Shown in pieces: positions 10,850-22,719 of a stretch of 48,923 bases of DNA. Where the stretch lies: contig MU271533.1 of NCBI GenBank assembly GCA_021432655.1, positions 1 to 48,923 on the forward strand. Direction: 5' to 3'. A program made the translations under genes and the position numbers. The stretch comes from Atractiella rhizophila. Taxonomy: Eukaryota. Under the pieces are notes generated by a model that worked only from the letters and a program-made list of their open reading frames with translations, searched no databases and had not been told where the DNA came from. Positions within the stretch are counted from its first letter, which is position 1; every line of letters starts with the position of its first letter.

Positions 10850-12126
10850 ATGGACGCGATAGATCCCTCTCTTCCATCTTTTGCTTCATTTCTGCCCAAT
10901 CCAGCTCCTCCTCCACCAGGCACAGAGCAAATCACGCTTCCCCTCGTCGACTGGGATGCTTGGTGGGCGGAGGAACAAACGAAACGGGCTTGGAAGATTC
11001 AGACGGTACGAGATGATAGGAGGGACCCGAATAGGGCCAGGAAGGAGCGTAGCAAGAAGGCTAGGGAGGAGAAGGCCGCTATGAATGCAAAAGGTGAGTC
11101 TTCGTTGTTGTTGATGAGGTTCCTCGGATGGCATTGGATGAAGGAAGTCGATGTGGATTGATGAAAATGTTACCGAGTTCCTTCGCCAAAATCAACATTA
11201 AATCATCAGGAAAAGACATCAGGAGCAGTTTGAATATGATTGCGCTTCTCAGGAACAACGTGTTCTCTCTTTCCTACCCTGTTTCATGTGCAATTTTTTC
11301 GTTCGTGGTGGCGAGGAGCCACCCAGGAAAACGATTCAAAGCTCAGAGCCACATTGTGCTAATAATGGTCTATGTATGATGGGTAGAATCTGACAAATAC
11401 TCGCCCTACCCTACTGACCGTCAACTCGGCGGAGCGAAGAAACGATATGACTGGACTCGCAACTACGTCTGTACTCGATCAGGAGTTCCACGAGGGAGAA
11501 AGTCCAAACCTTCATCCTCTCAGGAGGCAGCTACGAGCGAGCAAGAACTAAAAGTGGGCTGCAAAGCCCGTCTGGTGGTGCACAAGCTACATGGACAAGA
11601 GATGCTGCAGATCACGAAGTATGACGTGCATTCGGGTCATGATCCCGACGCGGACATGAAGGAGATGTGGGGTGCTCTTGGTGGATCAGCAGCAAGAGCT
11701 GGAGGATCTGGAGAAGGAGGACCAATACCTGGTTCGTTGGGTCAAATCCCAATCTCGACGGTGGATCATGCTCCGAGCGCGGCGAATCAGCGAATCGAGT
11801 CCTTCTCCCACGCTCAAGCACTCACTCATCCTCACACCCATAACAGTGCTCAACCAGAAGAGTTGTCGCTGCAGATGGAGACCGACATCCCCGTCGATGG
11901 TCACGAACCAGACATGGAATCCTACCTCGACCCCTTCCTCGCTGACCCACAAAACGAAAGTGATCCAGACTGGAGGTTGACGCGTGATAGCCTCGTGGCA
12001 CACTTGAAGGCGATTGGAGGCAGTATTCGAAGTGTCGCCGAGTGGGATATGGCTAGGGTGTCAACGGACGCGTTGAGAGAAATGACGAGCAGTGCCGAAG
12101 AATTGCGAGCGCTTCTTCATGTATAG
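10850..12126 (+). CDS. WRKY/FAR1-like (WRKY-GCM1 fold) zinc-finger protein, copy A; 2 exons, intron ~11094-11386
   Basis: The spliced product contains WTRNYVCTRSG...KVGCKARLVVHK...YDVHSGHDP (C..C..H-x-x-H), the pattern of FAR1/MULE-type DNA-binding domains. No transposase DDE domain follows. Confidence 0.7.
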
Positions 12127-12465
12127 CAGTAGCTGTTTGTCCTTGTTCTATGTAATGATCTGGTTTCTACTTGAGCTCTCATATTTTGGATGTGCAATCG
12201 GTAAAAGGGTTTATGGTATAGACAGCCACAGATCTATGACTGGTAAATCTCCTGCTGCGCTTAGGACATCTTCCAACGTTTTTAACCTGGCGGCTTTGGC
12301 CCTTACCGCGGGGCAGTATCTGTGACAGGGAAGTGGAAAGCACAATGGAACCACAGTCGATGAGGTGGTCTTGTGAATGTGGATCGAGGCTAATGGTAGA
12401 TTGAATTGTGCTTTTCATTAGAATGAGCTGTGGATATGCGTGTGCTGTACAGACATAGGAGATGA

Positions 12466-13519
12466 CTATAACGGGTCGTCACCAAATTGTGCTTTCCGTC
12501 GATAGGCGTTTTGATCCCTCAGCCTGGGCTTTCATCAACACTTTTTACTTCGAAAACTGTTGAAGACGTACCACTGCCTGTACCCTTTTATCGAATGCAC
12601 CTTTTCGCCATAATAATCTGGAACCTGCACAATTCCATCAGCTCACGAAAAATGGAGTTGGAAAGATGAGTTTACAGGGTTTGAGAAGCTTTGCCGCACT
12701 GGGTCCGCACGGTTCTTGATGAGGTGGGTATGGAACTCCTTATCCTTCAAATCCATTTGTCCCAGTGCATCCTTGTTTCTCATGCGCCATAACATCGTTC
12801 CCAGAGGTGGACCAAGAAGGTATCCCAAAGCAATGCATCCGATGGTTCCTCCACCATATCTAGTAACCCGAGAATCAGAGCCTTAGCTCTTCTGGACTGC
12901 TGAGGGAAATATTTGTGAAAGGAGGGACAAACACGAATAGAGGGTCAATGCCAAATACTTGTTCTGTTGGATTGGACTCTACGCTTCCGAAAGTCGATAA
13001 TCCAGCTGCACCTCCTAGTAGTGATGTGGGAATGCTCCATATGATACCGTGGCGATGCCTGGAGCGACGAAGGGCGAAGTATTCGGGCCATGTCAACGTG
13101 GACTTCTCAACTAAGGGACTGGACGCGGTGGAGGGACCTGCTTGATCAGATCAGCTCAAGAAGGAAAATTTGATGCAGAGAATATCTCTTTCAAGATGAG
13201 CGGTCGATATTAGCTAGGACTCGCCCATGTGCTCAAGCTCAGCATGTCAAGGCGCTTGCTGCTTTCCATTCCAAGCGCTACCTCACTCATCGGCCACATC
13301 ACCGCACGCAATCTTACACCTGTTGGGATTCACGCTCAAGCAGTTCCAAACCCAAGGGACTCCAGGACACAACCCAGTCAACCTTGCAACCAAAAACTCA
13401 CCAGCTTCCTGCCCCTCCTTCCCCCCCGACTTCCTCCCTGATTTAGTAGCAAGCGTCCTCTTCGCAACACCTGCTCTTTTGAGCGCTATTGCCGTTTGCT
13501 GAGATATTCTATAGCTCAT
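12466..13519 (-). CDS. PAM17: Mitochondrial import motor protein Pam17; spliced
   Basis: Presequence-like N-terminus, LTWPEYFALRRSR, FGIDP, GYLLGP, KDKEFHTHLIKNRADP..QSFSNPVPDYYGEKV.SIKGYRQWLRDQNAYRRKA. Confidence 0.95.
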
Positions 13520-13707
13520 AACTTTTCTTGATTCTGGTTAGTTCGTGGTTGATGCTGGTTAATGACAAGCACATGCAAGGAACAACCAAAACATGGTCCA
13601 AGGATCTCACCAATCAATCTTATTTCAAACGGCGGCCAGACCGCATGAGTCAGTGACAGCCCCAGCTTTCTTAAGGGTCCATTCATGGTCAAGTTGTGCT
13701 CCAAAAC

Positions 13708-15915
13708 ATGACCCAGCTCTTTCTTCCGCTGTTGTGCCTCGTGTCCTCGGGCTATGGAGCTCAGTTCCCTTTCAAGGCGTCTTCAAAACCCACTCTCATC
13801 AACCAGGAGCTCAGATCCTTCGTTGAAGCAATCCAAAATTTGACTGGGTTGCCTGGTATTGGATTGGGAGTCGTGAAACTCGTAAATGGCAGCTGGGTTG
13901 AAGAAAGTGCTGGGTTTGGGAAGGCGTCGGATGTCGAGGGACATGTTGTGGACGGAAACGTGAGCAGTTCCTCTTGCGTTCCTTGTTGAGAGCAATAACC
14001 TGATGCTGGGACTGAATTAGACACTGTTCAATATTGGGAGCAACTCAAAAGCGTTCACCGCACTTGCATATTCTTTCTTGCAGCACGAAGACGGAACGGA
14101 GTTCTCGTACCGTGAGAAAGTGAAGGATCTCCTCCCAGATTGGAACTTGGTCGACCCTGTGGCAGAAAGACAAGCTAGCGTCCTTGATATATTAAGTCAC
14201 AGACATGGCGTACCGAGGCATGTCATCCTCTTACGGGCAAAGAGTATTCTGAAACCTGCATCACAGGCATGACCTTGCTTATAGTCACGAAGATGATTTC
14301 GCGTCGAATCAACATAAACTCGGAGCATTGTATCCCTCAGCTGAGTTCAGAGAACAGTGCGTCTTGTTGTTTATTCCCTTAAAAAAGCTGAGGAGGTCCG
14401 CAGCTGGCAGTACAACAATATGATGTACGTTACGGCAGGGCGAATCATCGCTCTCCATTCTTCACATACTCCTCTTCATCCCCTAAACTCATCCAAATCA
14501 ATGGGAGATGATGCCTATCAATCCTTTATCCACAGCCATATCTTTACCCCTCTGCACATGGAGCACACGTCCTTCTCACCAGACCTCTACCCCGATCGAA
14601 TGGCGAAAGGCTACATGTTACTCTCGAACCGTACCTCCTTCGAGATCCCTTACGTTCCAGAAACCGAATCCGGACAGAGATACATCGCGCCCGCCGGAGG
14701 TATCATCAGCTCTCCTAATGACCTCAATATCTGGACCAAGTTTCTTGTGGATTCGGCGAGAAAGGCAGAGGGATGGTCATATACCTCCGAGGCTGATTTC
14801 CTTCGACCTGAAGCAGTACGCCTTTTACTTTGCAATCTATCATGGCAAACCCCGATGGATGAATAGGTGAAAGAAATGGTTTCTGGTCACATGGTTGGAA
14901 ACTCGAGAGCAGTCAACCCCTATGCTTCTTCTGAAATTTATGGAATGGCACTCTCGAGGCGTCATTACAGAGGAAAAGATTTGGTTTGGCACGGAGGTGC
15001 GTTTCGCTTGTGACTTATGTCTGCAACGAATTCTGACTGTTGAATCTCCAGGTGCCGTAGATGGTTTTGGTTCTCAAATTGCTTGGAGCCCGATGGAAGG
15101 GGTGGGTATAGTGGCACTCACTAACAATATGGGGTAAGTATCCCATTAAAATAGGAATTGTGTGTCTGAATGAAGAGCAGCGTCGGCAACCTGGTCGCGA
15201 ATTTGATTACATTGCGAGCCTTCGAGGAGCTAGTAGGCCTAGAACCTTTGATCAAATTGTCCGAATTCGAAGCTGCGTGAGGCTCTCTGCTACAGCTCCT
15301 CAAGTGAGGTATTGACAAGATGCGAACTATAGATCTGGCAACCAACTCGCTCAAATCTCTTCCGCTTACCCTATTTCTTCAATGACCGGACCAGCGCCAT
15401 ATCTTCCACCGCCCTTCCAAAAACAATCCCCAACGTCGAAGGTAACAGCTACCTGGACTGGGCCGTCCCTCCCTCTCTCCGCTTTCGAAGGAGTTTACGA
15501 ATCGCAAGGCTACGGCACAGCACATCTCTGCCTTGCCAAACCTCACCACTCCGCCCTATCCGCCTGCAATGACCTCTACTCCCACCGAAAAAACAGCACG
15601 CTGATCGTCGACCCTTCGCAAGAGGGGGAACCTGTGGAACAATCCCTGCTTCTGACCAAAGACAGCATCTGGTTCACCTACGCCGGTCTGTCGCAGATTT
15701 CGGAACGGGAGTTCAGAGTCGTTGAAGTGGCCAAGATAGTCGATTATAAGGGAGTCAAGCGCTCATTCGCAAGTGTAGAAAGCACAGACATGTTCCTCAA
15801 CTTCAAAATCGAGGGCGAAAACGTGGGAGGTTTCGCCATGAGTGGCGTTTGGGGAAGTGGTGCAGACGTGGAGGATGGAGGGAGAGAGGAGGCATATCTT
15901 GTAAAAGTGGGCTAA
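13708..15915 (+). CDS. Secreted beta-lactamase/transpeptidase-like serine hydrolase, copy A; spliced
   Basis: Signal peptide MTQLFLPLLCLVSSGYGA, TLFNIGSNSKAF (SxxK), LSHRHGVPRH, WQYNNMMY (YxN), PAGGIISS, WHGGAVDGF. Confidence 0.92.
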
Positions 15916-16040
15916 GTAACCGTCTGGGTACAACAGACAATGTGGGATAAATCCTGGAATTCCGATTGTTACATGCTTATTTTACACGCCTTTCGCGTAT
16001 TGGGTACATTGTTGATGGCGTTCAGTTCTGGACCATCCCT

Positions 16041-16889
16041 TCATTTCTTGTGCAACCCAGTAACTAATTGAATCTGGCCATACTTTCTCAACTTTCAGCC
16101 TTTGGAGTAAAGAAGAAACGTACCTCATTTTCGGTCAGCATGAACAAGTCCCCCAGATCACTCGTTTTGCCCAACGCCGCATTCACCTGTCCGTACGGAT
16201 GAGCTCCTCTGTCAATCCTGGAGAAAGAGATGTACAGTGTTGGTTGCCGTTCTGGCAATCCCACTCCCGCTGCTTCCACCCACCCAAAACCTGATTTCGT
16301 TGGGCACAACCTCAATGACAGACACACGAGGGTCGTTCTCGTCTCCTTTATGAGTTCCGTCCTTGAGATCTCCAAAGTAGGCTTTCATGCTGTCCAAGAG
16401 GCCAAAACACTCATCTCAACGCCGCCGTTTTGCCAAGAATAAGACAGACTCACGAGGAATGCCAATGTTTCTTGATCAACTCTTTATCCTGCGAAACTGT
16501 TGCCGTTCCCGAATAACTGGCCCAGTTCGTAGTTTTGGGATCATAGAACGAGACGTTGACGTTGTGGTCGTTTTGGATCTCGTCAAACTTGTGAGAGGCA
16601 TTATTGGCCAGAAAGTAGAGTGTAAGGCTCGTTGGAGTTTCTGGAGAGGCGGGATGCATCGCTCTTGAGTTCGATCAATGTTACTGTTACAACCGATTCC
16701 CTCCAGTCTTTAAGGAGGAGAAACGCACCTAGAGTGCAGATGTCCGGTAGAGCTACGCGTCACCAACATTCCCGTGGAAGCAGCTTTGAGGATTTCATGA
16801 AGTTTCGTGATTTTGTCCTGAGGGGAGGTGTGGCTATCTTCTGCCTTGTGAGTGAAGGGATCAAGGTCTTGGGTAGCTGAGGAGGTCAT
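16041..16889 (-). CDS. bli-3-like general stress protein (pyridoxamine 5'-phosphate oxidase-like FMN-binding split barrel); spliced
   Basis: GMLVTRS..HLHSRAMHPA, YFLANNASHKFDEIQNDHNVNVSF, WASYSGTA, KAYFGDLKDGTHKGDENDPRVSVIEVVPNEIRFW. Confidence 0.88.
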
Positions 16890-17904
16890 CTTTGCCGTTT
16901 GTTGTGCTATATGTTCGTTCTGGCCAATCTGACAGGTTCATGAGGACAACGACTCTTTTATACAAAGGGTAATGTGAGGGGATAAATGCGTGATGTAATT
17001 CTAATTCCCAGATCTCCATTGCATTGTTGGGAATGCATTGGTGAGCATCTCATGACGCACGCGACGCGACGCGTAACCCTAACTCCCTTTGTGATCGCGA
17101 CTCCCAAAAGAGGAAGAACGAAAATGACAAGGAACTGGATATCAGCGTTTTGGTCCACATAAATAGAGTACTTGTGTTGTGGCAGCTTCAGATGTTTGCG
17201 TGGCATCATGGAGGTGTCCGCTAAAGTAGGACGAATTGGAGTGGAAACAGGTTGCTGAAATCAATGCCTACACCATATTGGTAAGTTCTTTGCTACCTGC
17301 TCACCTGGTTATCATGAGATGTTGAGTAGCGAGACATCGGAGTGTCCAGGGCTAAGTCCTTCAAGTTCAGTAGGTCCTTGCAGAAATGGCTGGACTATGC
17401 CAGATACCCATTCACAAAATTGCGCATTCGAACGCCCAAGCTCTCTTGGTTTGTGTCTGCCGCATGTTTTTCTGTTATAACAGACACTTATGGAGTATGC
17501 CCCGGTGAAGTATTGGTAACAAGCTTCGTCAGGGCTCGCCTAAAAGCCTCGGCACTGTTTGGTTTCCTTCAGTCAGCAAGAGAAAAATGCCGCGAATTCT
17601 GAAGTAATATTTTCTGTGTTACAGCCGAGCGTTGGGCTGAGTGCTGGCATCGAGCCACAACTCCGCTCCTCCGTCAAGGGTTTAATTTCCTCCACATCCG
17701 CAGCAGAGTTGAGCAACTCGGTCAATGCTGTCAATGCTGTCAAGAAATTCAACATCCGCGACCACGCCGCCAGAATCCGCGGCCATTTGGTTGGCCCAGC
17801 AACTTTAGTCCGTTGATGATAAAATCGTGAACCCCACAAATTGTCCTCGTCTTTAGCCACATCCAACGACCATCTCACCACTCAGTTTCTTGCTTGCTGT
17901 CAAA

Positions 17905-18610
17905 ATGAGAGCCTATTACTTCGAGCAGTCGGACGCTGACCAGCGAGACCCTCATGACTCTGGAATTCCGTGTCCTTCTTCGAAACTCGATGAGCTCGGC
18001 GTGCTACACTTTCCTGCGATTGGGAGACAGAAATTGGATGAAGTTGCGGTTCAAAGGAGTTATAAGAACAGGGATATCATGGAGGTGGGCCACCCATTTG
18101 CGACCGAAGGGAAAAGCCAAGCTAATCGTAACTATCGGGGGACCGAGTAGTTGAGCAAAGACACCTTGAAGGACGAATACGAGAAGAAACTTCAAATGTT
18201 CTATGCTGAGCATTTGCACGAAGACGAAGAAATTAGATACATCCTCGAGGGCTCTGGCTACTTCGACGTTCGGGGTATGCTTTTTGGAAGGCTCCAACCT
18301 CACCTTTTCTGATATGGTTGTTTGGCTTAGACAAAGGAGACTCCACCTGGATTCGCATTCATTGCGAACTGGACGACCTCATCATCCTCCCAGCTGGTAT
18401 TTATCATCGCTTCACACTTGATCATGGAAATTTCGTCAAGGTCATGCGATTGTTCAAGGTTTGTCCTTGTCCCGACCGCTACACACTTTCTAAAGCTCCT
18501 TGTCGTCGTAGGAGGCACCAATTTGGGTCGCTTTGAACAGGGGAGACCAAGCTGATGCTGTTCCTTGCAGAAAGGAATATCTTCACTCTCTAGTTCCCAG
18601 CGCTGCTTGA
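17905..18610 (+). CDS. ADI1: Acireductone dioxygenase (ARD/ARD'), methionine salvage pathway; spliced
   Basis: [70 protein letters not shown]. Confidence 0.97.
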
Positions 18611-18794
18611 AATCGGACACACAGTCCGACGTTGTTTCTATTGATTTCTTGATCACCTTATCAGAAGTGCCTCTTAAAGAATATTTGAGTTAAATGACCC
18701 CTTTTGCTTTGCTGCTTGGAGGGTCCAAGAGTTGTATTATTCCGTGTTTCCGTGATACATACAACAATACAAGATGCAAGCCGTGATGTTTACA

Positions 18795-20851
18795 CTAATC
18801 GATCTTGACGAGGTAGTCTTCTACCGTGTCGGTTGTTACGTCGACGTCCTCTCCAGCTCCCCAAAATCCACCAGTCAGAGCCATTCCCTTCACTTGTTTA
18901 CCCTCCACGTCGAATATCAACTTCCAACCTAGTACCGTCACGTCGGTCAAGAAATTTCTCTTCACGCCTTTATAATCCACAATCTTCGAAGCATGTAGAA
19001 TTTGAAAGCTTTCTGGAGTTATTTGAACGAAACTAGCGGACGTGATGGAGATGCTGTCTTTCGTAATCAGAAGGTCAGCTGGATGTATCTGAGAAGGAGG
19101 ATCCATGATGATAGTGCTGTTGGAATTAAGGGCGTAGAGCGCTGTACAAGCAGGAAGGGGAGACGTGGACGGCCTGCAGCCATGAACGGTGCCGTATCCT
19201 TCGGATCGATAGGTTCCTTCGAAAGCATCGATGGGAAGAGAGAGACCGCTCCACCGGGGCTCAAAGGAAGGACGGTGGAGGGAAGGAAGTAATCCTGAGG
19301 GAATCGTTGTTAACGGCCCAGCCCATGGATTTGATGGGTAGATTGATGTAATGTTTTTCACAGACCTATGTATTCTCAGCTTGTTTGCCGAAAGCGTAGC
19401 GTTGCTGGGAGAGGGAAGACGCACATCAAGTTGACGACAGCTTCAGGACGAGGTGCCAAGCTGGTCAGCTCCTCAAACGCCTTCAAGGTGATGGCATTTG
19501 CAACAATGTTACCAATACTATGACCCGTCGTCATCAGTTCCCTCGAGCGGCTGCGAAACAAACCCCATAGTATTAACCAGGACCACGATGCCTATGCCTT
19601 CCATCGGGCTCCAGGCAATTTGAGACCCGAAACCATCAATTGCACCTGCAGTTATCGGTATTTCGTTTCATGAGCACAAGGCGTGTTGGTAGATGGTATG
19701 CCTACCTCCGTGCCAAACCAAATCTTTGCCTCGATAGCGAAACCTTGAAAATCCCATCCCATAAATTTCGGAGGAAGACAGCGGATCAGCTGCTTTGGAA
19801 CTGCTAATCATGTGTCCAGAGACCATTTCTTTCACCTGGATGATACAATTATTGAGAGATTCACACAGAAAAGCAAAGAAACGGCGTACAGCTTCCGGAC
19901 GCAATAAGTCTTGGTTTGAACCAAACGACAAACCTTCCGCCTTCCTAACTGAATCAATGAGAAACTTTACCCAAAAGTTCAGCTCTTTTGCTGAGCTTAT
20001 AACTCCTCCNNNNNNNNNNNNNNNNNNNNNNNNNNNNNNNNNNNNNNNNNNNNNNNNNNNNNNNNNNNNNNNNNNNNNNNNNNNNNNNNNNNNNNNNNNN
20101 NNNNNNNNNNNNNNNNNNNNNNNNNNNNNNNNNNNNNNNNNNNNNNNNNNNNNNNNNNNNNNNNNNNNNNNNNNNNNNNNNNNNNNNNNNNNNNNNNNNN
20201 NNNNNNNNNNNNNNNNNNNNNNNNNNNNNNNNNNNNNNNNNNNNNNNNNNNNNNNNNNNNNNNNNNNNNNNNNNNNNNNNNNNNNNNNNNNNNNNNNNNN
20301 NNNNNNNNNNNNNNNNNNNNNNNNNNNNNNNNNNNNNNNNNNNNNNNNNNNNNNNNNNTATCAAGCACACTGGCTTGTCTCTCCGCCACAGGGTCGAGCA
20401 AGCTCCAATCTGGGAGGAGATCCTTCACTTTCTCGCGGTACGAGAATTCAGTCCCGTTTTCGTGTTGCAAAAAGGAATATGCAAGCGCGGTGAACGCTTT
20501 TGAGTTGCTGCCTATATTGAAAAGTGTCTGTACCCAATCACAGCGTCAGCAACATGAGACTGTCACTCTCAATAAGGAGCACAAGAAGAAGCGCTCACGT
20601 CTCCCGTCCACGACATGTCCCTCAGCATCCGACGCCTTCCCAAACCCAATACTTTCCTCAACCCAGCTACCATTGACAAATTTCACGATCCCCAGCCCAA
20701 TACCAGGTACCCCTGTCAAGTTTTGAAGTGCCTCAATAAAGGATCTGAGCTGGGGGCTTATGAGAGTGGGTTCTGAAGCCGCCTGGAGAGGGAGCTGAAC
20801 TCCATGGGCTAAGGAAGTGAAGCATAAAACTGGAAGAAAGAGCTGGATCAT
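18795..20851 (-). CDS. Secreted beta-lactamase/transpeptidase-like serine hydrolase, copy B; spliced, interrupted by an N gap
   Basis: Colinear paralogue of 13708-15915 with the same intron positions: MIQLFLPVLC.., TLFNIGSNSKAF, GGVISS, VWHGG, KIVDYKGVKR. Confidence 0.9.
20010..20358. other. Assembly gap (349 N)
   Basis: Run of N inside beta-lactamase copy B. The equivalent stretch of copy A is ~510 bp, so the gap size is likely underestimated. Confidence 0.99.
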
Positions 20852-21102
20852 GTTTCGGAGAGCGTTTCGCCCATAACTCATCGAGGGGGGTTCAAGTTCT
20901 CGGCAAGACCATGCATGATATATGGGCTTGAGGAATGAACGTGACTATGACTCTTTGCGTCCGTCACCGCTCTTTGAAAGGTCTTTTCCTTTCTAGATAT
21001 ATGACCCGTTTCCATTGAAATTGTCTAAGAGTATTAATTAATCGCCAATGCAGTAGTAATCATACAAAACGAAAAAGAAAATGGCAAACATGCTTAGACC
21101 AG

Positions 21103-22394
21103 CTAGACACCGAGCATCCTTCTCAAGCCCTCTGCCCTGTTTACAATATCTCTCAAGTCCTCTGTCGATATCTTCTCTGCATCCCACTCGCTGACCGACC
21201 TTACGCTCTCCCCAACAGCCTTCAGATGGTCTACTAATACCTCTCTCGTCAGTCTCCAATCTGGATCGTTTCCAGCGGGAGGTTCGGCGAGGTAGGGATC
21301 AAGGTATGACTCCATGTCTGGTTCGTGGCCATCCACAGGAATGTCAGTCTCCATCTGTAGTGACAGCTCTTCTTGTTGAGCACGGTTGTGGACGTGAGGA
21401 TGAGCGAGAGCTTGAGCGTGGGAGAAGGACTCGATTCGCTGGTTCGCCGCGCTCGGAGCATGATCCACCGTCGAGATCGGGATTTGACCCAACGAACCAG
21501 GTATTGGGCCTCCTTCTCCAGATCCTCCAGCTCTTGCTGCTGAGCCACCAAGAGCACCCCACATCTCCTTCATGTCCGCGTCAGGATCATGACCAGAATG
21601 CACGTCGTACTTCGTGATCTGCAGCATCTCTTGTCCATGAAGCTTGTGCACCACCAGACGAGCTTTGCAACCCACTTTTAGTTCTTGCTCGCTCGTAGGT
21701 GCCTCCTGAGAGGTCGAAGGTTTGGACTTTCTCCCTCGTGGAACTCCTGATCGCGTACAGACGTAGTTGCGAGTCCAGTCATATCGTTTCTTCGCTCCGC
21801 CGAGCTGGCGGTCAGTAGGGTAGGGCGAGTATTTGTCAGATTCTAACCCATCATTCGTAGAGCATTATTAGCATAGCACAATATGGATCCTCTGGGGCCT
21901 GGATCAATTTCATCAAGTTGCCGCCAGCCACCAATGAAAAATTCATATTAAACTGAGTGGGAAAGAGAGAACACGTTATGGCTGAGAAGCACCATCATAT
22001 TCGAACTGCTCCTGATGGCCTGATGCCTTTTCATGGATGATTTCAATGGTTGATTTGGTGAAGGAGGTCAGTAACATTTTCATCAATCCACATCGACTTC
22101 CTTCATCCAATGCCATCCGAGGAACCTCATCAACAACAACGAAGACTCACCTTTTGCATTCATAGCGGCCTTCTCCTCCCTAGCCTTCTTGCTACGCTCC
22201 TTCCTGGCCCTATTCGGGTCCCTCCTATCATCTCGTACCGTCTGAATCTTCCAAGCCCGTTTCGTTTGTTCCTCCGCCCACCAATCCTCCCAGCCGATGA
22301 GGGGAAGTGAGATTTGCTCTGTGCCTGGTGGTGGAGGAGCTGGATTGGGAAGAAATGAAGCGAACGATGGAAGAGAGGGGTCTATTGTGTCCAT
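21103..22394 (-). CDS. WRKY/FAR1-like zinc-finger protein, copy B (inverted paralogue of 10850-12126)
   Basis: Near-identical protein over the N-terminus and zinc-finger region with a divergent C-terminus; same intron position (~21844-22150). Confidence 0.75.
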
Positions 22395-22719
22395 GTCGTT
22401 GTTGATGCAACCGAGCATTTACAGAGCACGTGATACTCACCGACTGGGTTTCTTCCTTTTCGTTATTTATCATGGGAGGTCGTGTCTCTTGTGCCTCTTG
22501 CCTTATCTTCTATCATCACAATGGCAAGATGCAGTTGTTCGTTCTTGCCCGCTGAATTAGCTTTGTTCCACATTGTCTGGTCAATATGAATATTGAATGT
22601 GCTGGCAATGGTCCCCATCCCAAAACTGTCAATGCGTTTCCACACCTAACCCACGTCTACGACGGACTCCATTGAAAACCGAACGAAGTTGCATGCCCGA
22701 CAAAATATTAATCCAAAGA

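Noticed and set aside
17208..17880. Short ORFs and a gtaagt donor upstream of ARD
   Set aside because: No coherent spliced protein could be assembled; may be UTR or non-coding.
10780..22450. Inverted arms as the TIRs of a giant Mutator/Pack-MULE element
   Set aside because: Similarity stops near the start codons, with no terminal repeat beyond them, no evident 9-bp TSD and no transposase catalytic domain.
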